The notes under the pieces: generated by a model
Seen by the model: only the letters and a program-made list of their open reading frames with translations
Told to the model about the DNA's origin: nothing
Databases searched by the model: none
Translations under genes and position numbers: made by a program
In this document: piece by piece, positions 26,236-36,244 of the stretch
How positions within the stretch are numbered: the stretch's first letter is position 1
Layout of the letters: each line of letters opens with the position of its first letter
DNA from: a virus
DNA length: 64,000 nucleotides
Virus record (IMG/VR): IMGVR_UViG_3300045988_137040
Reading direction: 5' to 3' (one strand)

Positions 26236-29200
26236 TCACGCTGTCTTTTCCGTCTTTTTCCCCTTGTTGAGCTTTTGGTTTATCTTCATGTCGAGCTGAG
26301 CGAGGTCGGCACGGAGCTTGGCCAGTTCGGTGTCCTTTCCCCATGGCTGCTTGATGATTGTGTCGAGCTGCTTGATGCGTGCCTCGTTCTCCTCGTGCAG
26401 CTGCTCCCACCCGCTGATGATGTCGGGCAGACGGAGCAGGGCATTGAGGAACTGACCGGCTGCGATACGTTTCGACTGACGGTTGAGACGGCCTTGACTG
26501 CGCTCAGCCTCGGCATTGATAGGATAGCTCAGACGGCCACCGCTGACGTAGAAGAGATTGGTGTACTCCTTGGTGTGGGTGTACTCGCTCACCCACTCTT
26601 TCGTCCTGACGCTGATGACGAATCCGTAGATGTTGCCTATACGCTTCATGTTGCCCATCGTCCGTGCATTCTTGTCAATCTTCTGCAATGCCGCGCCGAT
26701 GGCCTCGTTGTAAGCGTCGGGGTCGCTCTCCACCGTCACCACCTTATCGGTGGGCTTACCGTCCTTGTCGAGGGCATAGGGAGTGAAGCCGTCTATAGCG
26801 ATAGCGTTCACTATCTCACCGTTGGCGTTGGTCGTGCCATGTGCCATGAGGTTGTCGAGGTCGGCCTTGGCGTCAGCGATATTCTTAGCGTTCGACTCGT
26901 TGTCGGTAATCAACCGCTCACGCTTGCGCTCCTGCCCTGCCTTGTCACGATAGAACGCCTTGCGCTCTGCCTCCATAGCGGCGATGCGCTTCTCCAACTT
27001 CGCACGCTCCAAGAGGTCAGTGTTACCGCTCAGCACGGCCATGTACTCGGCGAAGTTCATGCCGCTCTTCTCGTCCATGCTGCCCTCGTCAAGGGTACGC
27101 ACACTGAGCTGACCGCGCTTGAGCTGATTGATGAACATCTGCTTGTTGTTCAGCAAGCCGAACTTGTAGGCATCGAGGCTCCGGCGGACGGCATAGATAA
27201 TCACGTCCACGGTGTTGTCGGCATAGAGCTTGGCAATCTCATTACCCTTGCGGATGGCACGGCCGTCACGCTGTTCGAGGTCTGACGGTCGCCACGGGGT
27301 ATCGAGGTGATGGACGGCCACCACTCGCTTTTGAGCGTTCACTCCCGTACCGAGCATGGAGGTGGAGCCGAAGAGCACACGCACCTTACCATCGTTCACG
27401 GCCTGTATCATCTTGGCCTTGGTGCTCTCGCTCTTGCACTCTTGGATAAAGCGTATCTCGCTTGACGGGATACCCATCTCCACGAGTTTCTGCTTGATGT
27501 CCTCATAGACGTTCCACCCGCGGTTCTTACCCTGATAGGTACTGAGGTCGGAAAAGATAAGCTGCGTGCCCTTCACGGCATCGAACTTATCGTAATACTG
27601 CTTTACGAGCTTGGCGCACATCGACGACTTGGAGCGTGGATGGTCGGGATAGCTCGGGTCAATCATTCTCATGTCGAGACTCATCTTGCGGGCGAGGTCG
27701 GTGGCATAGAGCATCTTTGCCTTGCGCTGCGCGTCGGTGGCATAGTCCATGCCAATGAGCGAGAAGTCACCCCACTTGGCAAACTCCATCAGCGTATTGG
27801 TGAACTCCTGCTGGTCGGGTGTCGGCTCGATGTTCAACAGCCGTGCGTGTTTCTTCGGTCGCTCGATACCCACATCCTCGGCGGTGCGGAAGTCGGTAAT
27901 CTCGTTGTAGAACTGTGCCAGCTCCGGCACCTTGATGAAGTAGCGGAACCGCTCTTTCATGATAATCTGATTGGTGATGGAGAACTCAAACTCGGTGCTC
28001 TTCTTCGTGAAGATAGCAGCCCATGCGTCGAAGCAGGTGATGCCCTGCTTGGCCATCGCCTTCGGACGGAGATAGCGGAAGAGGGAGTAGAGCTCGGTCA
28101 GCGAGTTCGTCACCGTCGTGCCACTGAGGAACGTGACGCCGAGGTCCTTATTCGTGCGCTGCTGTATCGTGCGGATAGCCATCAGCAGGTTGTAGGCACG
28201 CTTCGAGCCCTCGGTGTTGCCGAGTCCTGCCACACGGTCTTGACGGGTGACGAAGCCGAGATTCTTGAACATGTGGCTTTCATCGACGAAGATATGGTCG
28301 ATGCCCATCATCTTGAAGTCGGCCACGTGGTCTTTGTTCTTAGCGATGCTGTTCTGCACGTCACGGAGCTTTGCTTCGAGGTTGCGCTTTCTGCGCTCCA
28401 GTCCTTTCATTATGCGGTGTTGGTTGGTCCAGTCGTAGGTACGGGCCACGTTGATAGCGTTCTCCAATGCGTCGAGGTCGTCCTGTATCACCTGCTGCTG
28501 CACCTCGTCGCTCTGTGGCAGACGGCTGAACTGGTCGTGCGACATAATCACACAGTCATAGTCGTTGTTCTTCATGCGGTTGAAGAAGGCCACCCTTTCG
28601 CTTTCGCGGAAGTCCTTGTTCTGCGCATAGAGTATCTTTGCCTTGGGATAGGCGGTCTGATAGGTCTCGGCAATGGCACCGACATTGGCCTTCAGTCCGA
28701 TAATCATCGGCTTGTGGACGAGTCCCAACCGCTTCATCTCGTGGGCGGCGATGCACATGATAAGCGTCTTGCCGCTGCCTACCTCATGGTCGCAGATGCC
28801 GCCCTGGTTCTGAACGAGCATCCAGACACAATCCTTTTGCGACTGATAGAGGTCCTTCACTCCGCACTTCTCTTCCAACGCCTTGCGGTCGAGACCGGGG
28901 AACCGTTGGTGGGAACCGTCGTAGTGGGGCTTGACAAAGCAGTTGAACTTCTCGTTGTACTCCTTGGCCAATGCGTCCTTCACGTCCTTGGACTGACGTG
29001 TCAGCCAGTCCACCCACCCGGTGCGTATCTCGGCAATCTTGGCGTTGGCCATCTGTATGGCCTGCGGGTCCTCTTCCTTCTGCTTCTCGTATTTGTCGTT
29101 ATAGACAATCTCGCCGTCGCTGTCGCGCTTGTAGCGCCACAACTTAGGACAAGTGTCCTGCAGGGCATGGATAAAGAGGTCGATACCGTCAACGTCGGAG

Positions 29201-31239
29201 CACTCGCTGCTCACGGCATACTGCGTGTGGATCTTCTCGTTCCATGCGCCGTCGGCACTCGCGCTGAACTGGTCGATGATGCTGTCGTACTTCACATCGA
29301 CATTCACGTGGTCACGCTCATTCGTACTTCCATCGACGGAGAAGAACTCGGAGCCGAACCGTGAATAGAGGTCGCAGCTTATCCACCGCTCACCTAAGTT
29401 GAAGTCTAACTCCTCAAAGGGGATAGGGGTCGGCACCGCATCCTCCAACGCTCTCAGTGAGCGCGTCACCCTCGGGTCGATGGTCTTGGTCAGCTCGCCT
29501 TTGCCGTCGCTCGCGTCCTCCTCGTCGATGCCGTAGGCGGTGCGTATCTCCTTGGCCTTCTCCACGACGTTGCCGCTGATGAACTTGGCGGCAATCTCGT
29601 AGCCGTTGGTGAGGGGATTGTAATAGACGTCGCCGTCGAGTTTCGTCAGCAACTCACGCTCGGTGAGTCCCGTCAGTGCCATCATATAGGGCATGTCGGG
29701 ATAGCCCTTGTCATTCAGGCTCACGGCCAACGCCTCCTGCGGTGTGCCGGCCTCGTGAATCTCGTCAGTGGCAAACGCTACGGGCTTGAAGAAGATGTCG
29801 GCCTTGGTCAACTCGCTACCGTCCCGCACTTCGAGTGCCAGCAGCTCCTCCGATACGCTCTTCACGATAGGGCGGTTGAGCGGACAGTTAAACTGGCCGT
29901 ACTTCTTCACCCATGCGTCGTAGAGCTTGTTGAGCTGCTTGCGGTCGGCCACGTCCTCGGTCATCGTCGTAGCCTCTTGCACATACAGCAGGTCGTAGGT
30001 GTCGAGGATAGCCTTCAGTTCCTTGGCTTTCTTCTCGTCCTTGGTATCGGTGTGGGCAGTCTGCTGCTTCGTCTCGGCTTTCTTCTCCGCCTTGTGCCGG
30101 GTATTGAAGAGTTCAACGTCGAGGTTCTCGGTCAGGTCCTTGCTCAGCATCGTGCGCATATCCTTGCTGATACCCTGCACGTCAAACTCGTGATGATAGA
30201 CGAAGCCCGGCTTGCCATAGGCATCGGTGCCCACCTTTGTCTCGGTGGCGATGATATGGTCGGGGTGCATGGTGAAATACATGTTCGTGGGGCAGTCGCC
30301 GTCGAGATATGGAGTGAGCAGGAAACTCTCATCGGCGGTGACACCCTCTTTCTCTTTGTCTTTCTGCAATACGAGCAGGTCGGTGCCCACCTCCGTGCCG
30401 CTCTCCTTGAAGAGGTTGTTGGCCAGTCGGTAGGCACCAATCAGCCGGGCCTCTTTCAGTGCCTCGGCTATCTGGTCGGCATCATGGTTGAGATAGTTGC
30501 TCGTGATGATGTACGCCTCGATACCACCGTCGCGCAGACAGTCCAAACCTTTCAGCACGTAGTAGCGATGGATATACTTTGCCGCTGCTCTCCGCACGGG
30601 ACTCTTGCTGTTGGTATAGTCGGGGTCGAAAACACGGATGTCGCCAAAGGGAACGTTGGTGCTTACGAGGTCGTAGGTTCCCAACTCCTCTTTCGGGAAG
30701 TTCTCGAAACCGTCAACCCTCACTTCCGCTACATGCTCCATGCGCTTGCCGAGGATAGTACCGGTGAGCAGGTCTTTCTCATAACCTACCACTTTGCCCT
30801 GGCCTTTATAGGCCCAATCTAAAAAGCGGTCGAGGAACACGCCGCTACCTGCTGCAGGGTCGAGGAGACTCGAACCAGTGGCAGCTTTGCTGTCCAACGC
30901 AGCAATCAATCCTTGCACGAACTTGCTTGGTGTATAGTATGCTGTCAGCACTGACGACCGCAGCGAGTTCATCCACCGATTGTACTCGTTCATGTCCTTG
31001 CTGTGATGGAGCAGCAGCTGAGCCAGCTCCCGAATGTCGTCCCAATAGGGCAGCATGGTCTTAGGCCACTCACGTTTGTCAGTGTATGTGGCATAGAGGA
31101 TGGCGTTGATACCGCCAAACCCCGTGTATTTGTCGAGGACGTTTTTGTTGCCCTCGCCCGTCAATGCGTACTTGATAGCCGCAATGTTGTCTTTCAGTCG
31201 TTGTAATATGCTCATAATATGTTTCTTTGTCTTGTTCAC
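26236..31239 (-). CDS. giant N6-adenine methyltransferase / SNF2-type helicase fusion (P1 DarB-like architecture)
   Basis: Methyltransferase motifs LLDPAAGSGVF and NVPFG. Helicase motifs DHEVGSGKTL, FVDESHMFKN and QRDGRAIRKGN. The start is GTG at 31239 (GTGA overlap) or ATG at 31215. Confidence 0.85.
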   Translation of the reverse strand: MNKTKKHIMSILQRLKDNIAAIKYALTGEGNKNVLDKYTGFGGINAILYATYTDKREWPKTMLPYWDDIRELAQLLLHHSKDMNEYNRWMNSLRSSVLTAYYTPSKFVQGLIAALDSKAATGSSLLDPAAGSGVFLDRFLDWAYKGQGKVVGYEKDLLTGTILGKRMEHVAEVRVDGFENFPKEELGTYDLVSTNVPFGDIRVFDPDYTNSKSPVRRAAAKYIHRYYVLKGLDCLRDGGIEAYIITSNYLNHDADQIAEALKEARLIGAYRLANNLFKESGTEVGTDLLVLQKDKEKEGVTADESFLLTPYLDGDCPTNMYFTMHPDHIIATETKVGTDAYGKPGFVYHHEFDVQGISKDMRTMLSKDLTENLDVELFNTRHKAEKKAETKQQTAHTDTKDEKKAKELKAILDTYDLLYVQEATTMTEDVADRKQLNKLYDAWVKKYGQFNCPLNRPIVKSVSEELLALEVRDGSELTKADIFFKPVAFATDEIHEAGTPQEALAVSLNDKGYPDMPYMMALTGLTERELLTKLDGDVYYNPLTNGYEIAAKFISGNVVEKAKEIRTAYGIDEEDASDGKGELTKTIDPRVTRSLRALEDAVPTPIPFEELDFNLGERWISCDLYSRFGSEFFSVDGSTNERDHVNVDVKYDSIIDQFSASADGAWNEKIHTQYAVSSECSDVDGIDLFIHALQDTCPKLWRYKRDSDGEIVYNDKYEKQKEEDPQAIQMANAKIAEIRTGWVDWLTRQSKDVKDALAKEYNEKFNCFVKPHYDGSHQRFPGLDRKALEEKCGVKDLYQSQKDCVWMLVQNQGGICDHEVGSGKTLIMCIAAHEMKRLGLVHKPMIIGLKANVGAIAETYQTAYPKAKILYAQNKDFRESERVAFFNRMKNNDYDCVIMSHDQFSRLPQSDEVQQQVIQDDLDALENAINVARTYDWTNQHRIMKGLERRKRNLEAKLRDVQNSIAKNKDHVADFKMMGIDHIFVDESHMFKNLGFVTRQDRVAGLGNTEGSKRAYNLLMAIRTIQQRTNKDLGVTFLSGTTVTNSLTELYSLFRYLRPKAMAKQGITCFDAWAAIFTKKSTEFEFSITNQIIMKERFRYFIKVPELAQFYNEITDFRTAEDVGIERPKKHARLLNIEPTPDQQEFTNTLMEFAKWGDFSLIGMDYATDAQRKAKMLYATDLARKMSLDMRMIDPSYPDHPRSKSSMCAKLVKQYYDKFDAVKGTQLIFSDLSTYQGKNRGWNVYEDIKQKLVEMGIPSSEIRFIQECKSESTKAKMIQAVNDGKVRVLFGSTSMLGTGVNAQKRVVAVHHLDTPWRPSDLEQRDGRAIRKGNEIAKLYADNTVDVIIYAVRRSLDAYKFGLLNNKQMFINQLKRGQLSVRTLDEGSMDEKSGMNFAEYMAVLSGNTDLLERAKLEKRIAAMEAERKAFYRDKAGQERKRERLITDNESNAKNIADAKADLDNLMAHGTTNANGEIVNAIAIDGFTPYALDKDGKPTDKVVTVESDPDAYNEAIGAALQKIDKNARTMGNMKRIGNIYGFVISVRTKEWVSEYTHTKEYTNLFYVSGGRLSYPINAEAERSQGRLNRQSKRIAAGQFLNALLRLPDIISGWEQLHEENEARIKQLDTIIKQPWGKDTELAKLRADLAQLDMKINQKLNKGKKTEKTA

Positions 31240-32606
31240 GCAGTCTTGGCCGCTTTCTTCTTGGCTTTAGGCTTCTTCGCATAGCTCGTGTTGTTGAAGA
31301 TATACTCCACGACATTGCCGACTTGCACCTCGCGCTTGCCGTTCTGCATGTGGCAGAACCAATCGCCCTTGCCTTCTTCCACCGTCTTGCCCACCATAAG
31401 GTTTATTATCATCCAGTCCGTGTCGCTGACCTCCACATAGTCGTCATAGCCAGCCGTGGTGAATACGTCCGATACCTCTCCGAGGTGTTCCAGGATAGAG
31501 GCTTTAGCGAGTGTGCTCATACGTCGCACCGAGTTGGAAAGCGAGATGCGTCCGAACCGCTCGTTCCATGGGGTAACAATGTCGCCATAGGCAGAGTTAT
31601 AGCTCTCGAACAGGCACGCCGTCTCGTTCGCCTCGTCCACCGTCGGGCCGTCCTGCCAATTGAGTTGGTAGGCATAGCTTATCACTTTGCTTTTCGTTAC
31701 ACGTATTGCCGCGCCAGGAAACCTTGCCTTTAGCATCTTGCTCAGGTTGCTGACGGCCACGGTCTCCTTCTCCTTGTCCGTGAGTGCGGCAGAGATAGCA
31801 ATCAGCTTGCCCTCCCACGCCGCAATCAACGGCTGTTGCTCGGCAACTATCTTTGCCTTCAGCTCGGCCATCTTGCGCTGACGTTCCTCCTCTTTCCGCT
31901 GCTTCTCGGCGGCCATCTGAATGAACAGGGCGCCGAACATAACGGCGGCGCTGACGTGTACGTAGTAGTCGCTGACAACATGGTCGCCCTTGGGGTTGCC
32001 GAAGATGCAATAGCGCTGAGAGCGGAACATCACCACCTTAGGCACACGCTTTCCCTTGGCGGTATTGGTAGGATTCTGCAACGTCTCCCAACCGCCATAG
32101 ATGCCGTCGATGGCACAGCTCAGACTTCTCTCCATAATCTCCTTGTCGCCCAACTCGACGACGGCCTCTATCTTCACCACCGTCTCGGGCTCGGCGGCAT
32201 GGTCGAAGAACATGCTCACGATGTCACGACCACGGAGATAATCCCACTCATAGGCTCCGCCGCACCCCTGCTCCACCTTACGGGCATAGATATAGGCACC
32301 GGCTTTAAGAGTGTCGAATCTGACACTTTTGTTGCGTCGGGCCTCGTTGATGACATCGTTCACACGGTTGGCATCACGCTGCTCACGCTCAGCCCGTTCC
32401 CGGCGTTGCCGTCCCTTGGCACTGGCACGATAGTCACCATGGAGTTCCGCAAGGCGTTCCTCGTATTGTGCCTGCATCTCCTGGAACTTTGCCGTGGCAT
32501 CGGGGTCGTCGAGGTTACGGTCTGGGTGCAACTTTACGACCAGCCGGCGATGCTCCTTTCGTAGCTCGTCCTCGGTCGTACAATGGTTGAAATATTCTGG
32601 TATCAT
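31236..32606 (-). CDS. J-domain (DnaJ-like) protein
   Basis: The N-terminus EDELRKEHRRLVVKLHPDRNLDDPDATAKFQEMQAQYEERL contains the HPD tripeptide. Confidence 0.75.
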   Translation of the reverse strand: MIPEYFNHCTTEDELRKEHRRLVVKLHPDRNLDDPDATAKFQEMQAQYEERLAELHGDYRASAKGRQRRERAEREQRDANRVNDVINEARRNKSVRFDTLKAGAYIYARKVEQGCGGAYEWDYLRGRDIVSMFFDHAAEPETVVKIEAVVELGDKEIMERSLSCAIDGIYGGWETLQNPTNTAKGKRVPKVVMFRSQRYCIFGNPKGDHVVSDYYVHVSAAVMFGALFIQMAAEKQRKEEERQRKMAELKAKIVAEQQPLIAAWEGKLIAISAALTDKEKETVAVSNLSKMLKARFPGAAIRVTKSKVISYAYQLNWQDGPTVDEANETACLFESYNSAYGDIVTPWNERFGRISLSNSVRRMSTLAKASILEHLGEVSDVFTTAGYDDYVEVSDTDWMIINLMVGKTVEEGKGDWFCHMQNGKREVQVGNVVEYIFNNTSYAKKPKAKKKAAKTA

Positions 32607-32632
32607 AAATCGTTTTGATTATCTCCTTATGC

Positions 32633-32857
32633 TTAGGAACCGAATATCTTATGCATAATTCGTTTCTCCTCTTCAAGCGTTGGCAAAACAGTATTGTTGC
32701 AGGGAAAGCAATCCGCTATTGGCCAGAAAAAATCATTGTCAATCTCCGCCCATCCGTACACTTCCCTTAATCCTGTCACAATGTGTTTTCTCGATTGCGA
32801 ATGTAGGTCGCAATAGACCTCCATCCCAATCCGTATCTCTTCTGCTTTTTCTGTCAT
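32633..32857 (-). CDS. hypothetical small protein
   Basis: 74-aa ORF. Confidence 0.55.
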   Translation of the reverse strand: MTEKAEEIRIGMEVYCDLHSQSRKHIVTGLREVYGWAEIDNDFFWPIADCFPCNNTVLPTLEEEKRIMHKIFGS

Positions 32858-32869
32858 GATGACCTTGGG

Positions 32870-33067
32870 TTATTTCTCTCGGTACTCTTCCTCGCTAAAG
32901 CTAAGGTCTTCGTCATCAGACGCCATATAGCAAACATCACTCTCGCGAAGACCTAACCCTGCCTTGCTGAACAGATAATCATTTATCTGTTCCTCTTCCC
33001 AATCGTCAGGGCAATTGTTGATGATTGTTACATCAGACGCGACGTAGTTCACAATTACTAATTTCAT
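32870..33067 (-). CDS. hypothetical small acidic protein
   Basis: 65-aa ORF. Confidence 0.55.
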   Translation of the reverse strand: MKLVIVNYVASDVTIINNCPDDWEEEQINDYLFSKAGLGLRESDVCYMASDDEDLSFSEEEYREK

Positions 33068-33071
33068 GTTC

Positions 33072-33275
33072 TTATCTTTTACTTAAGGGGCAATCATAGT
33101 GGAACACGACAAGGACTCTGAAATATTCCACAAAAAAGCTGCACAAGAGATTCGTGTCGTCGTCCTTTGCTGTAAAATAGTCACGTAGTCTACCGACAAT
33201 TGGCTCCAATATATCACGCTCTATTCCTGTGAGCCTATATGTAATTTCACGGTGCCATTGACCGTTTACAATCAT
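33072..33275 (-). CDS. hypothetical small protein
   Basis: 67-aa ORF with a 4-nt gap to the next gene. Confidence 0.55.
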   Translation of the reverse strand: MIVNGQWHREITYRLTGIERDILEPIVGRLRDYFTAKDDDTNLLCSFFVEYFRVLVVFHYDCPLSKR

Positions 33276-33341
33276 AATTTTAAGTATTAAATCGTTAGTG
33301 TTTGCAGGCAGTAATTCAACTGAGAATTACTGTCATGGATG

Positions 33342-33626
33342 CTACTCGACTTCGTAGATATAAATCAGTTCGTCATTGTCCTTGAGAATCGCATAGATTT
33401 CTCTGTCGAACGTTCTTTCAAATCTGTCGTTGTAAGAGTAGTAGAACTTCATCTCTTTCTCAGGCGTCTTTAAGGTGTTCCCCTTGTCGTAAACAACCTC
33501 GAAATTCTTACCGAACATCCATTGAAGACACGAATATATACTTGTAGCTTCATCAGCCGTAAAAGTACCGTTGTTGTTTTCATAAGAATTTCTTGTTAAT
33601 TCGTCGATGATGTCAAATGCTTTCAT
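33342..33626 (-). CDS. hypothetical protein
   Basis: 94-aa ORF. Confidence 0.6.
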   Translation of the reverse strand: MKAFDIIDELTRNSYENNNGTFTADEATSIYSCLQWMFGKNFEVVYDKGNTLKTPEKEMKFYYSYNDRFERTFDREIYAILKDNDELIYIYEVE

Positions 33627-33691
33627 GTTACGTTTAATTTTAGTTGGACAATGTAGCCGTATATTCGTTAGAGAACATACGACTTAACGTC

Positions 33692-33955
33692 TTAGATTTT
33701 TACATCGTACTGCTTTACCTTTTTGTCCTTGCATACACCGAGTAGTTTACACTGTTTGTGTGGTACAAATTTCCACGTGAAAAGCACCACCACAGCTTTG
33801 TCTAACTCCTCGCCGTAACGTTGGCGATATTCGGCTATCTTACGTTCTACATAGCCGCCTACTTTTGAAGTGCATACGACCTTGCGGTCTCCGGTTATAA
33901 AGTCTCCGTCTTTGAACTTGAAATTGACCTCACATTTGATAAATTCTTTCTCCAT
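33692..33955 (-). CDS. hypothetical protein
   Basis: 87-aa ORF. Confidence 0.6.
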   Translation of the reverse strand: MEKEFIKCEVNFKFKDGDFITGDRKVVCTSKVGGYVERKIAEYRQRYGEELDKAVVVLFTWKFVPHKQCKLLGVCKDKKVKQYDVKI

Positions 33956-34094
33956 GTTCTTTGCGTATTAAAAGTTAAGAGAAATGCCCACAGGTTAGTG
34001 TGGGCAAACCGTTACATCATTTGGACAGCCGTAGGCAAATCCTCGTACACGTGGTGAGAGCCTCTAAAAGTCCATCCGTTATTATTCTCATAAG

Positions 34095-34688
34095 TTAAGT
34101 TCTTTGTATTTTGTTCATTTGCTCTTCGGTGTATATCTCGCTATCATCCACATACACCATAGGCATGGAAGAGCACAGCCCATCAATGGTGTCGATAGCT
34201 TCCTCCACAGTCTTAACGTCGGTACCATAATATCTGTTGATATAGGGCACGGCTTCCTCGCCTTTCCATTCGTCCAGTCCTTGGAATGGCTCAAGGCCAA
34301 GGTCGTCGTCCTCCAACTGATATTTACCTTCGAGGTCTTTATCATTGCAGTGCGGTTCCTGCCCGAACTCATCAATGCCCTGCCATCTTAGAGAGAAGTC
34401 TGGCCAACGCTTATGGATGCAACGCAACACACCCGGTTGGAAACTCCATGCCCCACAATAGCGCACGCTCAGGATGTTGGAATCTTGGCGCTGAAGCTGT
34501 TCGGTGTACGCCCTGCGACTTTCCACCGTGCTTGGGTCGAAACCCATCGCTGCGATAGACTTGTAAAACGTGTAATAATCCTGCCTGGTTTGGCTTCCGT
34601 CTATCTCCTGTTGAAGGATAGACTCCAGTTTGTCGAGGTCACTTTCTCGGCCTCTGACAACCAAATCAACATAATAATCGTTTGCCAT
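34095..34688 (-). CDS. hypothetical protein
   Basis: 197-aa ORF. There is a weak resemblance to plasmid DUF1281/Api92-like proteins, which I do not rely on. Confidence 0.7.
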   Translation of the reverse strand: MANDYYVDLVVRGRESDLDKLESILQQEIDGSQTRQDYYTFYKSIAAMGFDPSTVESRRAYTEQLQRQDSNILSVRYCGAWSFQPGVLRCIHKRWPDFSLRWQGIDEFGQEPHCNDKDLEGKYQLEDDDLGLEPFQGLDEWKGEEAVPYINRYYGTDVKTVEEAIDTIDGLCSSMPMVYVDDSEIYTEEQMNKIQRT

Positions 34689-34721
34689 CGGAAATATATT
34701 TTGGTTAGATTCTCAGAATAC

Positions 34722-34817
34722 AAAAAAGGCCGACACGTCTCACGACGCACCGGCTCGAAACAACTTTCAAAAATCTTACGTCGTATGGCACGTAAGTTAT
34801 GGGGGTCTCCTTTCATT
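34722..34817 (-). ncRNA. structured intergenic element A: conserved 5' box, hairpin, TTTTTGAAAGTT box, GTGA-loop terminator
   Basis: Paralogous to 36127-36219. Terminator hairpin at 34729-34754 plus a U-run. Inner hairpin CTTACGT/ACGTAAG. Confidence 0.5.
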
Positions 34818-34832
34818 CATAGATGATAGCGG

Positions 34833-35516
34833 TTACTCCTGCGGCGCCATGTTCTTGGCGACGTAGGCAGGAGTGTAGTAGAGCGATACGTTCAGCGTAT
34901 CGTTTTCCGACTGCTTAATCTCCGGCTCCACTTCCTCGCCCGTTAACGCGTCCTTCAGTATTTGTATGCGGTCTCTCATTTCCAGAGAACCGCAATAGCG
35001 AGGAAGATATTTCACATTTAGCTTATTCAGGCCGAGCCACCAATTCACCATCACGGGCTCACCATGGATGAAGCCAAGCACGTCATGCACGTGCCCCCAC
35101 CGTTGGTGGTCGATATATTCGCCGTCGTCGAAGAGGTCATCAAACAAGGCGTCGCTATGCAGGTCGGCACCCTCGTTGGTACAGGCTCTCACCCGGCGCC
35201 TCTCAAAGCGTCGCTTCACCTCGTCAGACGTAGCGGTCTTGTCGAGAATGGCGAGATAATTTTCACACGGCACATAGAGCTCTTGCGTCTGAGGACAGAA
35301 GAACACATCGGCCACGCAGTCCCCAGATGCCTTGTAGAACTCCTTATAGTCGTACTTCTCGTGACCATCGGCCACGCAACCGCGGTTGATAGAGAAAAGA
35401 CATCTCACGATTTCAAACATCGTAGCGTCTTTCTTAAATCCATAGTCGGTAAACTGACCACACGGCACGAACTTGTAACCGCCATAGGTAAAACTCTTCA
35501 AATTATTATTTACCAT
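34833..35516 (-). CDS. hypothetical protein
   Basis: 227-aa ORF. Confidence 0.7.
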   Translation of the reverse strand: MVNNNLKSFTYGGYKFVPCGQFTDYGFKKDATMFEIVRCLFSINRGCVADGHEKYDYKEFYKASGDCVADVFFCPQTQELYVPCENYLAILDKTATSDEVKRRFERRRVRACTNEGADLHSDALFDDLFDDGEYIDHQRWGHVHDVLGFIHGEPVMVNWWLGLNKLNVKYLPRYCGSLEMRDRIQILKDALTGEEVEPEIKQSENDTLNVSLYYTPAYVAKNMAPQE

Positions 35517-35518
35517 AG

Positions 35519-36088
35519 TTATGCTGTTTGTTGTTTCAACATTCTCACTGCATCCATCACTGCCTCACGGATAGAAGGGGCGGGGGTGGCAGGCTTAGCA
35601 CTCACTTTCACGCTCGGTTGCTTAGTCGCTTTAGGTAACTTCCATTCTGGAATACAGGCGTACATACCGTCGGCATCCTTACCGAACACGGCTTTCTTTA
35701 TCAAAGACGGATAGCCGTTCCTGCGGCAGAACTGATAGCACATGATAAACACGTTCTTGAGAGGATAACCGCAACTGAAGCCCTGCTTGGGGTCGGTATC
35801 GCTCGTGTTGATGAAGAGGTGTACCATGTGTCTACGCATAACATAGCCGGACACACCAGGCACAAGTGCCAACTTCTTGTACAGTACATCGGGGTAGCGG
35901 CAATAGTTAATTTCAGTCTGCACCATTCTTGTATGCTTGCGACCCTCCACAATGTTCTCGCACATCTTCAGCACGTCGCTTAGCAGGAACTCGCCCTTGA
36001 CCTTGCACTTGGTGCAAAGCTCCCACATGATGGCGCACTGCATCAGCATCGACATGGCGATGCGATAGTTGATTTCTTTCTGCTCCAT
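35519..36088 (-). CDS. hypothetical protein
   Basis: 189-aa ORF with a 2-nt gap to the next gene. Confidence 0.7.
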   Translation of the reverse strand: MEQKEINYRIAMSMLMQCAIMWELCTKCKVKGEFLLSDVLKMCENIVEGRKHTRMVQTEINYCRYPDVLYKKLALVPGVSGYVMRRHMVHLFINTSDTDPKQGFSCGYPLKNVFIMCYQFCRRNGYPSLIKKAVFGKDADGMYACIPEWKLPKATKQPSVKVSAKPATPAPSIREAVMDAVRMLKQQTA

Positions 36089-36126
36089 GGTTGTTATATG
36101 TTGTTTTGTTACTCTGTCTTAGAATG

Positions 36127-36219
36127 AAAAAAGGCCACGCGTCTCACGACGCATAGCCTTCACCTAACTTTCAAAAATTTCGCAATTATGATACCGCGAA
36201 TGGGGTTTTCCTTTCATTC
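36127..36219 (-). ncRNA. structured intergenic element B (paralogue of element A)
   Basis: It has the same 5' box (GAATGAAAGGAAAACCCCA), the TTTTTGAAAGTT box and a GCGTC-GTGA-GACGC terminator plus U-run. The inner hairpin has a different sequence (TTCGC/GCGAA). Confidence 0.5.
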
Positions 36220-36244
36220 CGCAAAGGTAATAATAATCTTTGGA

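Noticed and set aside
26230-30822. Long + strand ORFs (26230..27285, 27640..29364, 29755..30822) of 351-574 aa
   Set aside because: They lie entirely antisense to the 1667-aa ORF, which carries clear methyltransferase and helicase motifs. Their products are V/L/G/H-rich and low-complexity with no motif. They are typical shadow ORFs.
34601-34816. ORFs overlapping structured elements A and B (34601..34816 -, 36186..36446 -, 36188..36505 +)
   Set aside because: The shared ATGAAAGGA... opening diverges after 6 codons between the two copies. The ORFs also read into neighbouring genes out of frame. The conservation is at the RNA/DNA level.
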